64,000 bases of DNA from Octopus vulgaris (taxonomy: Eukaryota). The stretch lies in contig OX597814.1 of the NCBI GenBank assembly GCA_951406725.2, positions 97,650,001-97,714,000 of the forward strand. The letters run 5' to 3'. This document shows, in pieces, positions 49,862 through 64,000 of the stretch (position 1 is the stretch's first letter; each line of letters begins with the position of its first letter). The notes below the pieces were generated by a model. It saw only the letters and a list, made by a program, of their open reading frames with translations. It ran no database searches and was not told the DNA's origin. Position numbers and translations under genes: made by a program.

Positions 49862-51304
49862 GTTTATATATTTATCTAACTGTCTAGCTATTTATCTACA
49901 AATACACACACACACTCACACATTCACGCACACTCACACTCACACTCAAACTTTATTTCTAGTGTCAGTGGTTTTATACTACAGGGTTAACCTGCAAAGC
50001 CCGCTAGCATGAAACTGCTGGTACTAGAAATTTAATGTAAATTCCGTTAAAGAATTCATTGTATTAAATACTCTTTCTTTCAGCTCATTATCAACGCACG
50101 CGTACGCCTCTATGTGTATCATCATCATATCTGATCAATATTAAAGACTGGCTTCAGGTGATGAGCTAGCAGAATTGCTACCGCGTCGGGCAAAAGCCAT
50201 AGCGGCATTTCATCCATTTTTATGTTCTGAGATAAAATTCCGCCGAGGTCGACTTTGCCTTACATCTTTTCGGGGTCAGTAAAATAAGTACCAGTTGTGC
50301 ACTAGGCTCGAAGTAATCGATTTACGCTCTCCCACCAAATTACTGGTTTTGTGCCAAAATTTGAAACCTGTATTAAAGATAAGCTTTAATTTAAATCGCC
50401 TTTTTATTTTCGTTTCTGTAACTTTAACACAGTAGAATAGATAAAACCTGGATAGTTGACTTATGGATACTTTCTACTAACATTTCTAAACAATTCTACC
50501 ACTTACAAAATGTTTGTGATTGAGCCTCACTGAAACAGATATAGTGATTCAAGAAGTTTGAACACTTCGCTGAAACTTACAATCATAGGAAACAGCGAAG
50601 GTTGATAGATTTTGAGATACAATATAGACTAATATTTTGGGCGACGAGGGACACCGCCGAAAATAGATTTAACTTCATTTCTCACTACAGTAGCTCATAT
50701 CACTTTTGCTTTTACTTCTGACCTGATTCATAGACAGTCATTAACACACTAATTACTTTCCTAATTTATAATCATTAGGTTTTTCCCCCCATCCCGCTTT
50801 GTACCAACTTTGATTTTATGACTATAAATTATTAATACGTCTGATAAAGGAATCATTTATGAGAAAAGAAACGTATGAGGTAAAAACTGAGGCAGAAAAC
50901 ATAAGCCGCTATTTTGCCAAATATTCTGTTGCATCGTTTTAACATTCAGAGGATTTATTTACCCTATTTAGTTCTTCCATAAAAATAACCAGTGTTCTTG
51001 GTGTAAAAGAAGGAAATTTATTTTTTAAATAAAAGAAACATTTGTTATAATACCAGCGGTAAACGCCGCGTAGTTGCGAGTAAGCTCCAGAGTTAATGTC
51101 ATGACTGGTGGTAATTTCATTTGAAGTCTGCTTAGACCAGCCATAGGAAAACTGTCACCTGCGGGACTTTCTAAACGATAAGCCTAACGAAAAATTACCT
51201 TGAATTGTTTTAATAGTGTGGTCCGCCCGATGAGTCATGTCTCGTGCGGCCCGCTTCCCAAAAAAGGTTGCCCGTGCATGACTTGAAGTATTATCACTAT
51301 AACC

Positions 51305-51561
51305 CAGGGGTCGGCGAACCGGAATAAATTACTCTAAGCGGGGTAAAAACGAAATTATTGGGGTATGAAGACTCATAAGACATAAGTAAACTTACGTAAA
51401 AAACGTGTTCCTTGTTACGACAGAAATGTAAATAGATTCATATAAATAGATTCATATAAATTCAAAGAATCTATGATTTTTTTCCTTTCAAATCAAGGGG
51501 TAACGTCGGCGTAAATAAATATATTTGGGGGTAATTGGTTAAAAAAGTTCCCCGACCCCTG
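51305..51561. mobile_element. hAT MITE
   Basis: TIR CAGGGGTCGGcGAAC / GTTCcCCGACCCCTG; imperfect 8-bp TSD ctataacc/ctctaact. Confidence 0.8.
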
Positions 51562-51830
51562 CTCTAACTATTCACATACAAAGCTACGAGCCAACTAGAG
51601 AGTTTCTATGAAGTCACTCGATCTACTACAATCAGCAACCAAATCTCCCGCAAACCATGCTAATCTTATTAATAAGACCAGGACACATTAGATAATTTAG
51701 CCCAACATGTCCTTAATTAGACCGGATAGTCACTGTTGGGTTGTTTCTGACCAAAGGTCTGCTCCTGGGAACTAAACAACAGCAACCACAAACCATGAAG
51801 TTTGCATGTTTAATAACTCGTTAACGGATA

Positions 51831-54170
51831 TCTATATATAAAACTGAGAATGTGTCAGTGTGTGTGAATCCCTAAAACTCGGGAAGTATCCAACCGATTT
51901 CATTCAAATTTTACTCATGCATTACTTAGGGTCCAAGGAATGTCATGAATCAAAGAAATTTTCAACTTCTTGCCTAATTCGGGCCCAGAGCAATCTTTTT
52001 AACTGGTTCGGTATTACGTGTAAAAAGTGAATATTGCTTCACTTTTATTCTTTTACTTTTAATTCCAATGTGATAACACTATGTCCAAAGTATATAAAAA
52101 TACACATTTACCATTCAATTACCACTTAATAATTATCGCAGCAGTTGCAAGGTTGCAAGGTATTTATAGGTATTTAATATTAACCTTTAAATTAACATTT
52201 AACACATGTGCTTAATATATATATACATGTACGGACTGTTAATTTAACGGTAAATGACACAATAATTATTATAGATAAATTTCTTAATCTATTTATTTAT
52301 AATTCTTTATCGCTCTGTATATCTGTCTGTTCCTAATGCATTCTCAAACAGCTCCATCAAATCAAATCAAATTTTACAAGGTAATAGTATCATACCCCAT
52401 GAGTGTCAACGTGTAATTTTTTTTCATTTCGATTAAAACAAATATAACATTTTATAGAGATAATCTTTCTGTAGTCAAATATAGTACAGTACATTTTATA
52501 CCACGACGACACCGTCACAATTTGTATATGAGTATGTATGTGTCTGTCAGTGTATGTGTGTGAGTGTATGAATGTGTATGTGTCTGTCAGTATGCGTGTG
52601 TTTCCGCGTTCGATGACAAAGTCACATTTTGTATAAGAGTCTCTATGTGTCTGTGAGTGTATGTGTGTGACTGTATGAGTGTGCATGTGCGTGAGTGTGT
52701 TTCCGCGTTAGGGATGTTATTCAACATATACACACACATCTAGATATACATGTATATATGTGACGTCTGACATGAGTGAATGTATGTCTGTGTGTCTCTC
52801 TCTTACTATATTGTATTACAGCCCACAACTGTCAATATGTAATTTTTCATTTCCATTAAAACAATGTAACATTTCATAGACATAGTACCGGACATTTTAT
52901 ATAGAGCAGGACATTTTATATCAGTGTGTATGTGTGTTTGCGAGTTCGATATTCACGAGATAGTAAAGGACATCTTATACCACGACGACAACGACGTCAC
53001 GTTTTGTATATGAGTGTATATATCTGTGAGTGTATTGTGTGGGTGTATGAGTCTCTGAGACTGTATGTGTTTCTGCGTTGGATACATTATTAAACATACA
53101 CACATCTACACATTCGTGAATGTACGTTTGTATGTGTCTCTCTTCCTATATGTATGCGACTGTATGTGAGAGTGTACGTGTGTGTATCATCACATTTTGT
53201 ATATGAATGTGTATGTGTCTTTGAGTGTGTAGGTGTTTGCGCGTTCGTGACGCACGTTATTAAACACACACATCTACACATACATATACATATATGACGA
53301 GAACGGCTGGAAGCGAAACTCTTGAGAAAAAAAACAATTAGATAGCACGTCCAAGGTATATTGAAATACACATCTACCGTTCAATTACCAGTTCATAATT
53401 ATCACAGCAGTTTCAAGGTTGCAAGGTATTTACAATTTGCTTATATTTGGTTTACACTGCATACAAAAATACAGACATACTACATACATACCACTACTTA
53501 CAAAAATACAGATTAATGTATATTTTTTCATATTTTCATAATTTTTTGTTTACAATATTGAAAAAAAAATATGCCACCAAAAAAAACCCACCTATCAAGC
53601 AAGGAGGATTGCAGAAAACCAAAGGCAAGTGTCTCAAGAAATAAGCACGTCAGATAGAGTCTCAAGATAGAAGGGAGACGAGACTTTCTCAAGATCAACA
53701 AAGGCATACTGCAGCACGTCAAATAGAGTCTCAAGAGAGAAGGGAGATGAGACTTTCTCAAAATCAGCAAAGGCATGCTGCAGCGCGTCAGCTTCAAGAG
53801 AGAAGGGAGATGACACTTTCCCAAGATCATCAAAGGCATGTTGCAGTAAGCCGAATGAAGTCTCAAGAGAAAAGGGAGATGAGACTTTCCCAAGATCAGC
53901 AAAGGCATGCTGCAGCACTTAATGCTGAACCATTAAAACAATGTTTACCACACCAGATTACACAGAGATCCAATAGAATAACTTTCAGAAACAGACCACG
54001 TACAAATTCGTTCTTCACAACTCCTGGAGCTGCTTTCAGATATGATCCATCCCATTCTCATAAAAATTATAATTCTGTTCAAATTGGTGCGCTAAACTCA
54101 AATTGTCTTCAAAGCTTTAAAATTTACTCCACAATGCTTTGTCGTCAATGCTGCACTTTCTCGTATCACC
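51831..54170 (+). mobile_element. Helitron 5' portion with start of a decayed RepHel gene
   Basis: A|TCTATATATA 5' end. About five 63-66-bp repeats encoding RE.RLSQDQQRH.A, then AAFRYDP..VQIGALN..C, typical of RepHel N-termini. Confidence 0.7.
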
Positions 54171-54317
54171 TGTTTCAACATACCTGTATATATAAATATA
54201 TATATATATATATATAGTTAATCCAAACATGAAAACACCAAGAGAAAACACAACAATGCGAGGACGTGGAACAAATATAGTATTATTGGACGCTCAGGAA
54301 GGAAGGGAAGAAGGAGA

Positions 54318-54352
54318 GTTTTATGTTTCGAGTGGAGCTCTTCGTCAGAAAC
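54318..54352 (-). ncRNA. Minimal hammerhead ribozyme (family 2), intact CUGACGA core
   Basis: GUUU-CUGACGA-A-GAGC-UCC-ACUC-GAA-ACAU-A-AAAC. Confidence 0.6.
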
Positions 54353-54473
54353 ATAGGAAAAGGAAAGATCCAGAGAAGAGAAGACGGAGGGGAGGAAAAA
54401 ATCGCCAACGGTACACGCGTGGTCACACACACACACACACACACACAAGGTACACGCGTGGTCACCACACACA

Positions 54474-54551
<78 letters not shown>

Positions 54552-54559
54552 AAACAATT

Positions 54560-55380
54560 TCAACAACCTGAAAGCTGGAGGATTAACAATAAAGCTCGTG
54601 AAGCATTCGGGTTGTGATTTTTAAACTGTTTGAACCTTGCAATTTGAACTCTAGAAGCAATAATTTTAGCCAGATCATCAACATACACTCGGCAGACAAT
54701 TGACCAATTTATACAAATTTATGAACATGTACAAGACATATTCTATATGGATGAAATAGGTTGTACTATATAATAGAATCCAAGTATCATCGTATATGAA
54801 AGAGGGATTAAGGAAGTTGTTTCTATAACATCGGGCGGAAGAGATGGCTTATAATAGTAGTTTATTACAATAAACATGAGTTTATTGCAGTTCATTGCAA
54901 TTGGCGAGAGTATTGCTACTTCGTGTTCAGATTGCTGTAAGCAGGGCCTTAGAAATAAATCAGGCAATGGCAGAACAAGACAGCATTCGGGCCTTAAGGC
55001 AGAGGACCCCTCAATATGAAAATGAACTTTGATGAGAGGAACTCAGTAAAAAGCCACGGACCCCTCCTTGGCTCTCCGAGTCCCATATTGATACACTGCC
55101 TACCAATCAAACACGAAGAACATTTCATAGGAGATGTCTAGTGTGATCCACAGGAACTGTTGCCAGATCAGTGTGGACAAATGAGGAATTGTTTATACAA
55201 TACGTGCATCACTTCATACATCACTTACATTACTTATTCTTCCACAAGATTTTGTTTATCATGGATGACGGCAAGTCATATGCAACACTAGAGGCAGTAG
55301 ACAAAGCAAAAGCAAGTGATGTCGTTCTTTCGACAATTCCACCGAACACTAGTCACACACTTTAACAATGGCAGAACAGT
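54560..55380 (+). pseudogene. pogo/Tigger-like DDE transposase remnant
   Basis: FYMDEIG, ILFIMDD..S and IPPNTSHTL*Q motifs. Confidence 0.65.
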
Positions 55381-55429
55381 ATATTATCTATACCAGAAAG
55401 TATATCTACTGTTTCTGTCTATGACATCC

Positions 55430-58110
55430 TTGTTCGGATGAATGAAGTCTGGCAGCTTACCTCTACAACAGTGCATGACTTTTGTTCCTTACCCCACATA
55501 ACAATATCAGGTCTTATGTTTTCACCGAATAGTTGTCTTCATTGGACTGTTCCACCAGTAAGGTGCGAATACATGCTGGTTCTGACATGCCTTTGATGTA
55601 TACGTCAGAGCAATCCTTTTCGTGGATAGCGTTGTAGTATAGGGTGTTCAAAAAGTCGCTCCGCAGTGATTTTTTTTTCCATTCTGATGTATTTCAAAAC
55701 ATGTGTAAAAGAGTTAACTTATGTATTGAAAATGAAGGACAACACTTTCAACATCTCTTATAAAGTTTTTTTAAAGTCTTGTAAAGTTTAATATATTCAT
55801 TTGTAATCTTATACTGCGGAGAGAATTTTTGAACACCTTATATTTGCGTCTATATTATGTCCGTTACGTTCTGAGTTCAAATTCCGCCGAGGTCGACTTT
55901 GCCTTTCATCCTTTAGGGGTCGATAAATAAAGTACCAGTTTCGCACTGGGCTCGATGTAATCGACTGAATCCCTTTGGCTGTCCTTTTTTGTCCCCTCTA
56001 TGTTTAGCCCCTTGTGGGCAATGAAGAAATATATATTATGTCCCAAGGACCAGTAGTATTTTGTAGATATTTTAGGGCAGCTGCTGTTGAAGTGGGTGAT
56101 ATCTTCCACACTGGTACAGTAGAGCTAGCATTCTTTATAACAATATGGAGGTTTGGTGATATCTTTGTCTCCCTAGTTCATCAGATATTTAGTAGCGATC
56201 TCCTGTTCCTGGATAGCGAGAACATATCCTTCTAGTTGGCATGTAATGTATCTATCACAGGTCCAGGAGAGGCTACTCTTCCTGTCAATGCGGTTATTAT
56301 CTCCTAGCTGACAGGATATGTACCCATGCATTTCTCTTTGCTGGCATGATGCCTACTTCACCTCCAAGCTTCTGTTTAGGTAGGCCAGTTCAGCCTCCTT
56401 TGGGTCGCATGAGACCGTTGTATTCTTAGAGTACCGACTCAGTAATTTTTCAACTCTGAAGATGTAGCTCTCACTTTCGAGTATGCATTGAAAGTACTCA
56501 TTTCTTTCTTTACTGTTCAGCAAATGTTGTCTGACTGATACAATACGACATTCAAAGGCTGTTTGGAATGATCTTATACCTCTACCGCCATCGTTTCGTT
56601 TCACAGATTCTATCGGTGTCGCTGTTTATGTGGAAGTTGCCAGTGGTGGCCAGTACCTTTCTAGTTTTATTGTCCAGGATACATATCTCGTCGAGTGTCC
56701 AGGCCAATATCCCAAGTGTTGGTACTAACACTGGCATTGCAAAAACGTGATATATGGTCTTGTTAAGTGCAGACAGCCCTAGTTCCATATTTTTCGGAGT
56801 CTATTGAAGTTCTATTTTGTTATTCTGGCTTCAGTCACAGCACCGACGTAGGCAACATTCTCATCGGTTTCGAGAAACTCGTAGTTTTCATTATTAGAGA
56901 TAGGGAAGATAGTCAAGCTACTGATGTACATGTTCTCAGTTTGGTCGACTGCCATACATAACAGTCGGTTGACTGTCATGTATGAGCATTTATCTTGCCC
57001 AAACTCCACCCCTATGTTTTGTGAGGATGTGTGACTAATTCTAAATGTCTCTTGAAGTTGCTCATGTTACCAGAATATAACTTTAGGTCATCAATAAAAA
57101 ATGTGTGAGTAACATTAATGCTATTCTTTTCTGCATACCGCAGCTTGTAACCTTAGCATTTTGACAATGGGGATGGCAAGGAGTTCACAACCAGTACAAA
57201 CGTTACAGATAAAATATTACCCTGGAATATGCCTTTTGATAGCTTACTTCTGTTTGTAACAACAAGTGTTGCTTTAGTAGTTGTCAGTGATAACTGTGTG
57301 GACCATATTGTGGTCAATCTTTCAATAACATTCACTTATAGCTGTTGGTACTTTGGCAGGGCATAGTAATTTTATAATCCTCTTATAAGCTAGCCACATT
57401 GTTAAGAGATTACGATATTGTTACTTGGCTTCCTTAAGGACAGCTTTGTTGAGGAGCTGTTCAGCACAACCCTGGATTCCTTTCTTTCCTCCTGCCTGTT
57501 CACCAGTTATTACACCATTTATTTGGCAGTGGTCTTAGAGAAACATATTCGGACAACCTGTGCACAGTTTGTACATAATATTCAAGCCTATAGTTTTTGA
57601 TCACATGTGGTCTTTTTGTTCTTGGGGAAAGAGGTAGTCCGTGCAATCGTCAGCCAATCTAGCATGTCTAACTCAACGTCCATTGTGTTTTTAAAGTGTC
57701 ATAAGACGTCTGCCGCTACGTTCTGAGTTCAAATTCCGCCGAGGTCGACTTTGCCTTTCATCCTTTCGGGGTCGATTAAATAAGTACCAGTTACGCACTA
57801 GGGTCGATATAATCGACTTAATCCGTTTGTCAGTCTTTGTGGGTAGTAAAGAAATAGATATATATTTTACTTTTGATTATTGCTACAGTATTTTCAAAAA
57901 GGGTTGTTTCTTCGCATTTATTCAAAGATAACCATTTCTTTTACCAGACTTGTGTCAATGGCAAAGCTTTTAGAGAGGGTAGTATTCATTATCTGGAAGA
58001 ATGAATAGACCTTTATGCCAACAAGTCTGTATTCGACGTCATGTTGTAGTGTAATTTCCTTTGTCGGGAGATTGCCCACCAGCTTTATAGCTTCAAAGAC
58101 GTGTACAATA
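55430..58110 (-). mobile_element. R4/Dong-like LINE, diverged copy 2
   Basis: EDITH..SCPK, DGGRGI, FAMPVL and GIFQGN motifs. Collinear with 4815-9686; interrupted by a MITE and two SINEs. Confidence 0.85.
55640..55840. mobile_element. Tc1/mariner MITE
   Basis: TA-tagggtgttcaaaaagtcgctccgcagt ... actgcggagagaatttttgaacacctta-TA. Confidence 0.85.
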
Positions 58111-59832
58111 ATGTATGTATGTATGTATGTATGTATGTATGTACGTACGTACGTACTTATGTATGTATGTATGTATGTATGCATGTGCGAGGGTGAGCCA
58201 CAAAATAATGTAAGTAGAAATCGCATTACTTTCTGACTCACCCGCGTGTATATATATGTATACAGACACAGAGACACACATACATGACACGTTTCTATCA
58301 GTTTCTGTGTACTAAATTCATTCACAAGACTTTGTTGGTGCAGCTCTGTAGTAGAGGACACTTGCACAAGGAACTTAACTTGAAATCATGTGGTTGGGAA
58401 ACAAACTTCTTAACCATCTAGCCATGCCTGTGCCTATGTACGTATGTATGTATGTATGCGTGCATGCAGGCATCTGTCCATTCTCCCACCTTGTCGCCCC
58501 AACTCTCCCTCTCCCCTCGTCTCTTGGTGTAACTGCACGCTGTGCGCAGCCATCCAGTGATCGGGTAGTGACCGACCAACTTCCCACACACCGAGAACAT
58601 CTCTCTCCTGCTGACGCTGGAACTCAGCTCTGGGATTTCATTCCTTCTCCGGAACCAACTCACCCGATCTATATCTTCGCAGCTTCAGCCCCAGTACAGC
58701 TCCCCCTGCCATCGACAGGTCTGCGTCGACGAAGAGAAGGCAGGTGTCTTACTTCAAATCTCCCGCATACACCACAAGACACTTGCCCACAGTGCCACAC
58801 AATGAGTTACAACTCAAAACCATGTGATTATAATGTGAATTCTGAATCTGCACAGCAATGCCTGTATCTAAGAGAAGAGTTCTGGATCAGGACACCCACA
58901 GAAGTTAGATTTTCTCCATTTTGATGGGGATTTTTTCAATTCTTATTTTTTCACCACAGCTTTCAGACAACTTGATGGGTATCTTTTTACAAAAAAATAA
59001 TTTTGAAAAATTTGTGATTCTTTTTCTACCTTCTCCACCACCACCACCATTACCAGCCCCTCCAGAGAGATATTGGCTCATTTTTTTTGGTGCGACGCAC
59101 TTAAAAACCATCAGGTTTTGGTAAAAAAAAATCTTGTCAATATTTTTATAGTTCTCAAAAAATTTCTGCAATAAATCAAATGTTAAACTCTTGTTCTTTA
59201 GAGATGATGTTGGTTATGAATTTAACAGTTTCAAATTTCTATCCATCCAGCCTTCCATTTTCGCTTCATGGTATTTTTAAGAGGATCATTGGAATAGAAT
59301 TCTCAGGTACCTCCTACTATCAGAAGCAACTATCATTAAATTTTCCTGTTGCATCTCAAGAGTGGTCAACAGAACCTATGATTTTTATCCAACAATCTCA
59401 TTCAAGGTGTGCCAGTTAAATGGTCATTTGTATAATATTCTTTGAAATTGTTTTTAATAGAAAAAAATTGGATTTTATTAAATATATAACTAGTTAAAAC
59501 TTTAAATAATTACATCCCAATAAAGCTACAGAAAATATTTATTCTACCATAGAGGAAAACATTATGACTCTCAAAATATATTCTTAAAATATAAGTTTAA
59601 TCCTTTGGCAATCAAACTGGTCATATCTGGCCCAGATATTCTACTTGTTTTGTGTTCAAACAGACCAGATCAGGCCTCTCACACGTACCCTGCAATGTCA
59701 TTCTAAAAATAAACAATCACATCATCAAAATCTCAAGGTTAATGCATTATAAATTCAAAACAATGTTATGGTTAAGCACAGAGTAACAGAAATACTAAAT
59801 ATTTGGCTGATGAATGAGGAAGACAGCAACTA

Positions 59833-60609
59833 TCTATAATACATTAAAAGTAAGCTTGAATCTTGCTAGCTTGCTTGCAATGTTACCCAGCCAAACTGGC
59901 GCATAATGGGAAAATACTATGAATTAAAGCTTACCCTGAAATGTTAATATGAACGGAATAAAACAAGTTTCGTATAAATCGAAGTAGTTTTAAAGCTATT
60001 AGAGGTTTTCCGGCATAAACACCCAAAACGGTGCATAATGGGAAAATATTCTGAAAATAATCTTCAACCTGAAAGGGAAGAAACTCTTATCTTTCTATTA
60101 GACAGTGACTTGACAATGGAAATATACGATATTTTTTTACAGTAAATGTTTCTAATTTCGCTTTTGTTAAACACAATATTTCAATCATTTAGAAATATTT
60201 TTAAGTGAATGTGATTTCAAAAATGTAAACTGTTTGTACAGTATTTATATTTTAGCTTTCTTTAAATAGACAATATTCTAATGTTTTTTAAAATTATTTT
60301 CAAGTGAATACCATTACAAAAAATTTTCTTGGCATATTTAAAAATTATTTTAAAGAGAAAATACCTTTTAAAATATGGTAAATATTTCATAAAAGACCCG
60401 TTCGTAACCTACATAAGATTTTTCGAGTGCATTCAGTGCATTTCACCTCCAAAGATTTGGCTGCTATTTCTAACATACCATGCTACCACGTAACTGCTAT
60501 TTACGATATAGGACCCGAAATACCTGTTATGTGGTAGCAGGGCATGCAAAAAATAGCAAGAGAAATAGCAAGAGTTTCCCGGTGACCCAACGGATCACAG
60601 ATAGTCTAG
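59833..60609 (+). mobile_element. Non-autonomous Helitron
   Basis: A|TC start; GTGAcCC-aac-GGaTCAC hairpin, then agatagtCTAG|T. Confidence 0.7.
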
Positions 60610-60694
60610 TAACATAAAATTACCAGGAGTCAAGATAGTTGACCACCCAACCTGCCAGACAGGATTGAGACAAGTGCTGACAACAGATGACTCC

Positions 60695-63600
60695 ATCATC
60701 ATCATCATCGTTTAACGGCAGTTTTCTATGCCGGCATGGGTTGGACGGTTCGATTGGGGTCTGGGAAGCCAGGAGGCTACCAGGCTCCAATCTGATCTGG
60801 CAGTGTTTCTACAGCCGGATGCTCTTCCTATTACCAACCACTCCGAGAGTGTAGTGGATGCTTTTTACGTGCCACAGGCACAGGAGTCAGAAGGTGCTGG
60901 CATCGACCACGTTTTGATTATGCTTTTACGTGCCACCGGCAAGGGAGCCCATCAAGGCGCCGCTGACATCGTTCGGATGGTACTTTTTACGTGTCACCAG
61001 CACGGGGAGCCAGACAAGCGGCGCTGGCATCATCCACAACAATTTCCATTTGATTGTGGTTTGATTTGATTTTGATGTTGATGTAATTAACTCAATAGGT
61101 CTCCTCAAGCACGACATGTCGCCCTGCGATCCAAAGATACTATTTTGAGTGACCTGTTAATGTTACACTGGTATGGGCTACAGCTGTGATCTCACATTAT
61201 TTTCCGGGTTTTCTCAGTCACAGCATATCTCCAGAGGTCTCAGTCTTTCGTCATTGCCTCTGTGAGGCCCAACGTTGAAAGGTCATGCTTCACCACCTCA
61301 TCCCATGTCTTCCTGAGTCTCCCTCTACCACGAGTTCCTTTCACTGTTTGGGAGTGGCACTTCTTCACACAGCCCTCCTCATCAATCCGTAGTACATGAC
61401 CATGCCAGCACAGAAGTCTCTCTTGCAAGCCACATCCGATGCTTTTTATGTCCAACATTTCTCTCGGGGCGCTTACACTCTGTCGTGTGTGCACAGTGAC
61501 GGATCATGCTAGCTTCATTTCTTTCGAGCCTACGCATATTTTCAACAGTCATGAAGCATAGCAGTTCGCACGCATGTATCGAACAATCTCCCTTTCACTC
61601 TGAGCGAGAGGCCTTTTGTCACCAGGAGGGGTAGAAGCTTTCTGAATTTTGCTGAGATTATTCTTATTCTAGTAGTAACGCTCTCTGACCATCCACCCCC
61701 ACTACGGACTTGGTCACCTAGCTAGCAGAAGCTATCAACTACTTCTAGTTTCTCCCCCTGGCATGAGATGGAATCTGTTTTCTGAACATCTGTGATGTTT
61801 ACTGCTCCTGTGCATCTGCCGCACACGAAAGCTATCTTCCCGGTTAATATTCCTTTGATGTTGCTGCACCTTTTATGCTTCCATAGCTTACACTGGGCAC
61901 ATCTTATGGAGTTTCTACCTACACCCTTTCTACAGATCGAGCATGGCCATCTATCTGAAGGGATGTGTGATGTGTTCGCCTTCCTACTTACTAGGACTTT
62001 GGTTTTTGTGATATTGTCTCTAAGGCCCTTCGATTCTAAACCTTGCTTCCACACTTGAAATTTCTTCTCTAGTTCTGGTAGTGATTCTGCTATGAGGGCC
62101 AGGTCATCAGCATAGAGGAGCTCCCAGGAGCAACCTGTCTTGAACTCCTCTGTTATTGCCAGGAGGACTATGCTGAATAAGAGGGCGCTGAGGGCTGATC
62201 CTTGGTAGACCCCTACTTTTACTCAGAATTCTTCCCTATACTCATTGCCACTCTAACCTTACTAATGGCATCTCTGTACAGCCCTTATTAACTAGTCGTC
62301 AATCCCTAGTTTCCGCATCGCCCACCAGACAAGTATAGGAGTTTATCTTTGGCTAGATATTTCTCCTGCAATTGCCGCAACAGGAATATAGCATCAGTGG
62401 TGCTTCTACCTGGCACAAAACCGAACTGCATTTCATCTAAGCAGACTCTCTCCGTAATTAATTGGGCTATGATCCTCTCCGTGACTTTCATCACCTGATC
62501 CAGCAATTTGATACCCCTGTAGTTATTTCTATCTAAAGCTTCGCCTTTACCCTTGTCGCAGTTGACTATGGTGCTGCTACGCCAGTCATTGGGTATGACT
62601 CCATCATGAACTACCTGGTTTACAATACGGGTGACTAGGCCATAACCCACATCACCAGATATTTTAAGCATCTCAGCAGTGATTCTCGATGGCTCGGGCT
62701 TTTCCTGGCTTCATACCCTTAATTGCTTTATCTACCAGGGTGCTGTCTATTCGGATAGCTGGTCCCTCTACTGGGTCAACATCTGGCAGGCTCTCCTCCT
62801 CCCATTCATTCTCCACGTTCAGCAGTCTTTCAAAATGGCTTCTCCAAGCCTCTTTCTTTTCAGAATCATTAAAAGCAAGTGCACATTTCTCTCTTGTAAC
62901 ATCACAATTTTCTCTCACACATTATCTTGCAATCCGAAATACTTCAGTTCTTTGGTCCTCACATCGCTGAACATTGGCAAACTTTTTATCTGCTTCTCCC
63001 CTGGCTATGTATACCTGTCGCCCAGCCTCCCCCTTAGTTATCTTGTACAGTTCATTGCTACCCCAAATCTTCCAGGCTTTCCAGGCCTGTTTCTTTGCTC
63101 TAATGGCTTTGTCTACCGTATTATTCCACCACTACGTTACTCTAGGTCTGGAAAGGACTGCACCATCCGCAGACTTGGTCTGTGGCACTTAGTAAGCTGT
63201 CCCGTAGAAATTGCCAGCTACCCTCTATGTTCGAAGTATGTAGCTCCACCTCCCTCTCATCAAATTTCTTGATAAGGATGTCCCTAAATTTCTGACCATG
63301 TGAAGGGTTCTTTAGCTTCCAAATCCTTCTTTTCTGGATTGGTCTGTTTCTTGGCGTCCTTCTGGCCTCGAGTCTAAAGTCACTAATAACTAGTTTATGC
63401 TGGAGGGTACATTCTTCACCCAAGAGGCTTTTTGTAAATAAAGAGCAACCCTGCGTCCCCACTGTCTGGTGAGGATGAAATTAATCTGGCTAGCAGAGTC
63501 ACCTGATTGATAGGTTATCAAGTGGCTGTCTGGCTTCCTGAAGTTGGTGTTGCAGATTAAAAGGTTACATGCATCACAGAACTCCAGTAGCCTAGTTCCC

Positions 63601-64000
63601 TTTTAGTTTCGGGAACCAATATCATGCCCCGCATGTACACCAGTGAAGATACCAGATTGCCATCCAACATGCCCATTAAAATCTCTAGCTGCAAAGCTGA
63701 ACTCATTGTCACTTGTCTTTGAGGTAGCCAGTAGGAGGGTATCATAAAAATGGTCCTTCTGATCATTTGATAGGCCCGCTTGTGGAGCGTAGGCAGAGAT
63801 AATTGTAGCTGTACTGTTCTGCAGGACTAGCCTGAGCTTAAGCACTCTATCGCATACCCTGACAACCTCTATGACCTTATCCACCCATTTCTCCGCAAGG
63901 AGTATGCCTACACCCCCTACTCCATCCGTGTTACCTTTCCAGAAGATTTTATACCCATGTATCTTGCCTGTGAAGACCCTAGATGAAGCTCCTCTCCATC
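60695..64000 (-). mobile_element. RTE-clade LINE (APE + RT), decayed, runs off the window
   Basis: (GAT)n tail; IISAYAPQ and DFNGHVG (APE); NYRGIKLL, QFGFVPGRSTTDAIF, WELLYADDL; GTRGRGR..KTW. Confidence 0.92.

Noticed and set aside
53640-53920. Regular 63-66-bp repeats suggesting a CRISPR-like array or repeat-protein gene
   Set aside because: No unique spacers and a eukaryotic context; fits the Helitron RepHel N-terminal repeats.

Overview
AT-rich, repeat-dense eukaryotic (animal) DNA. The SINE families and the abundant (TA)n/(TATG)n/(GT)n microsatellites resemble an octopus (coleoid cephalopod) genome; this is inferred, not verified. Most entries in the ORF track are spurious. The one host gene I could assemble is hidden from that track: a 7-coding-exon minus-strand gene (30373->13192, 687 nt, 228 aa). 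It encodes a signal peptide, two tandem 6-cysteine modules and a GPI-anchor-like hydrophobic tail, and all six introns are GT-AG and phase-consistent. The rest is transposable elements: two RT-less Gypsy LTR elements, two R4/Dong-like REL-endonuclease LINEs abutting (CATA)n, an RTE LINE and a short RTE derivative, Penelope-type pieces carrying two families of hammerhead ribozymes (one inside a 490-bp palindrome), four Helitrons, a Chapaev3-like transposon, hAT/pogo remnants, several MITEs and about 25 tRNA-derived SINE copies. Three local templated duplications are also present.
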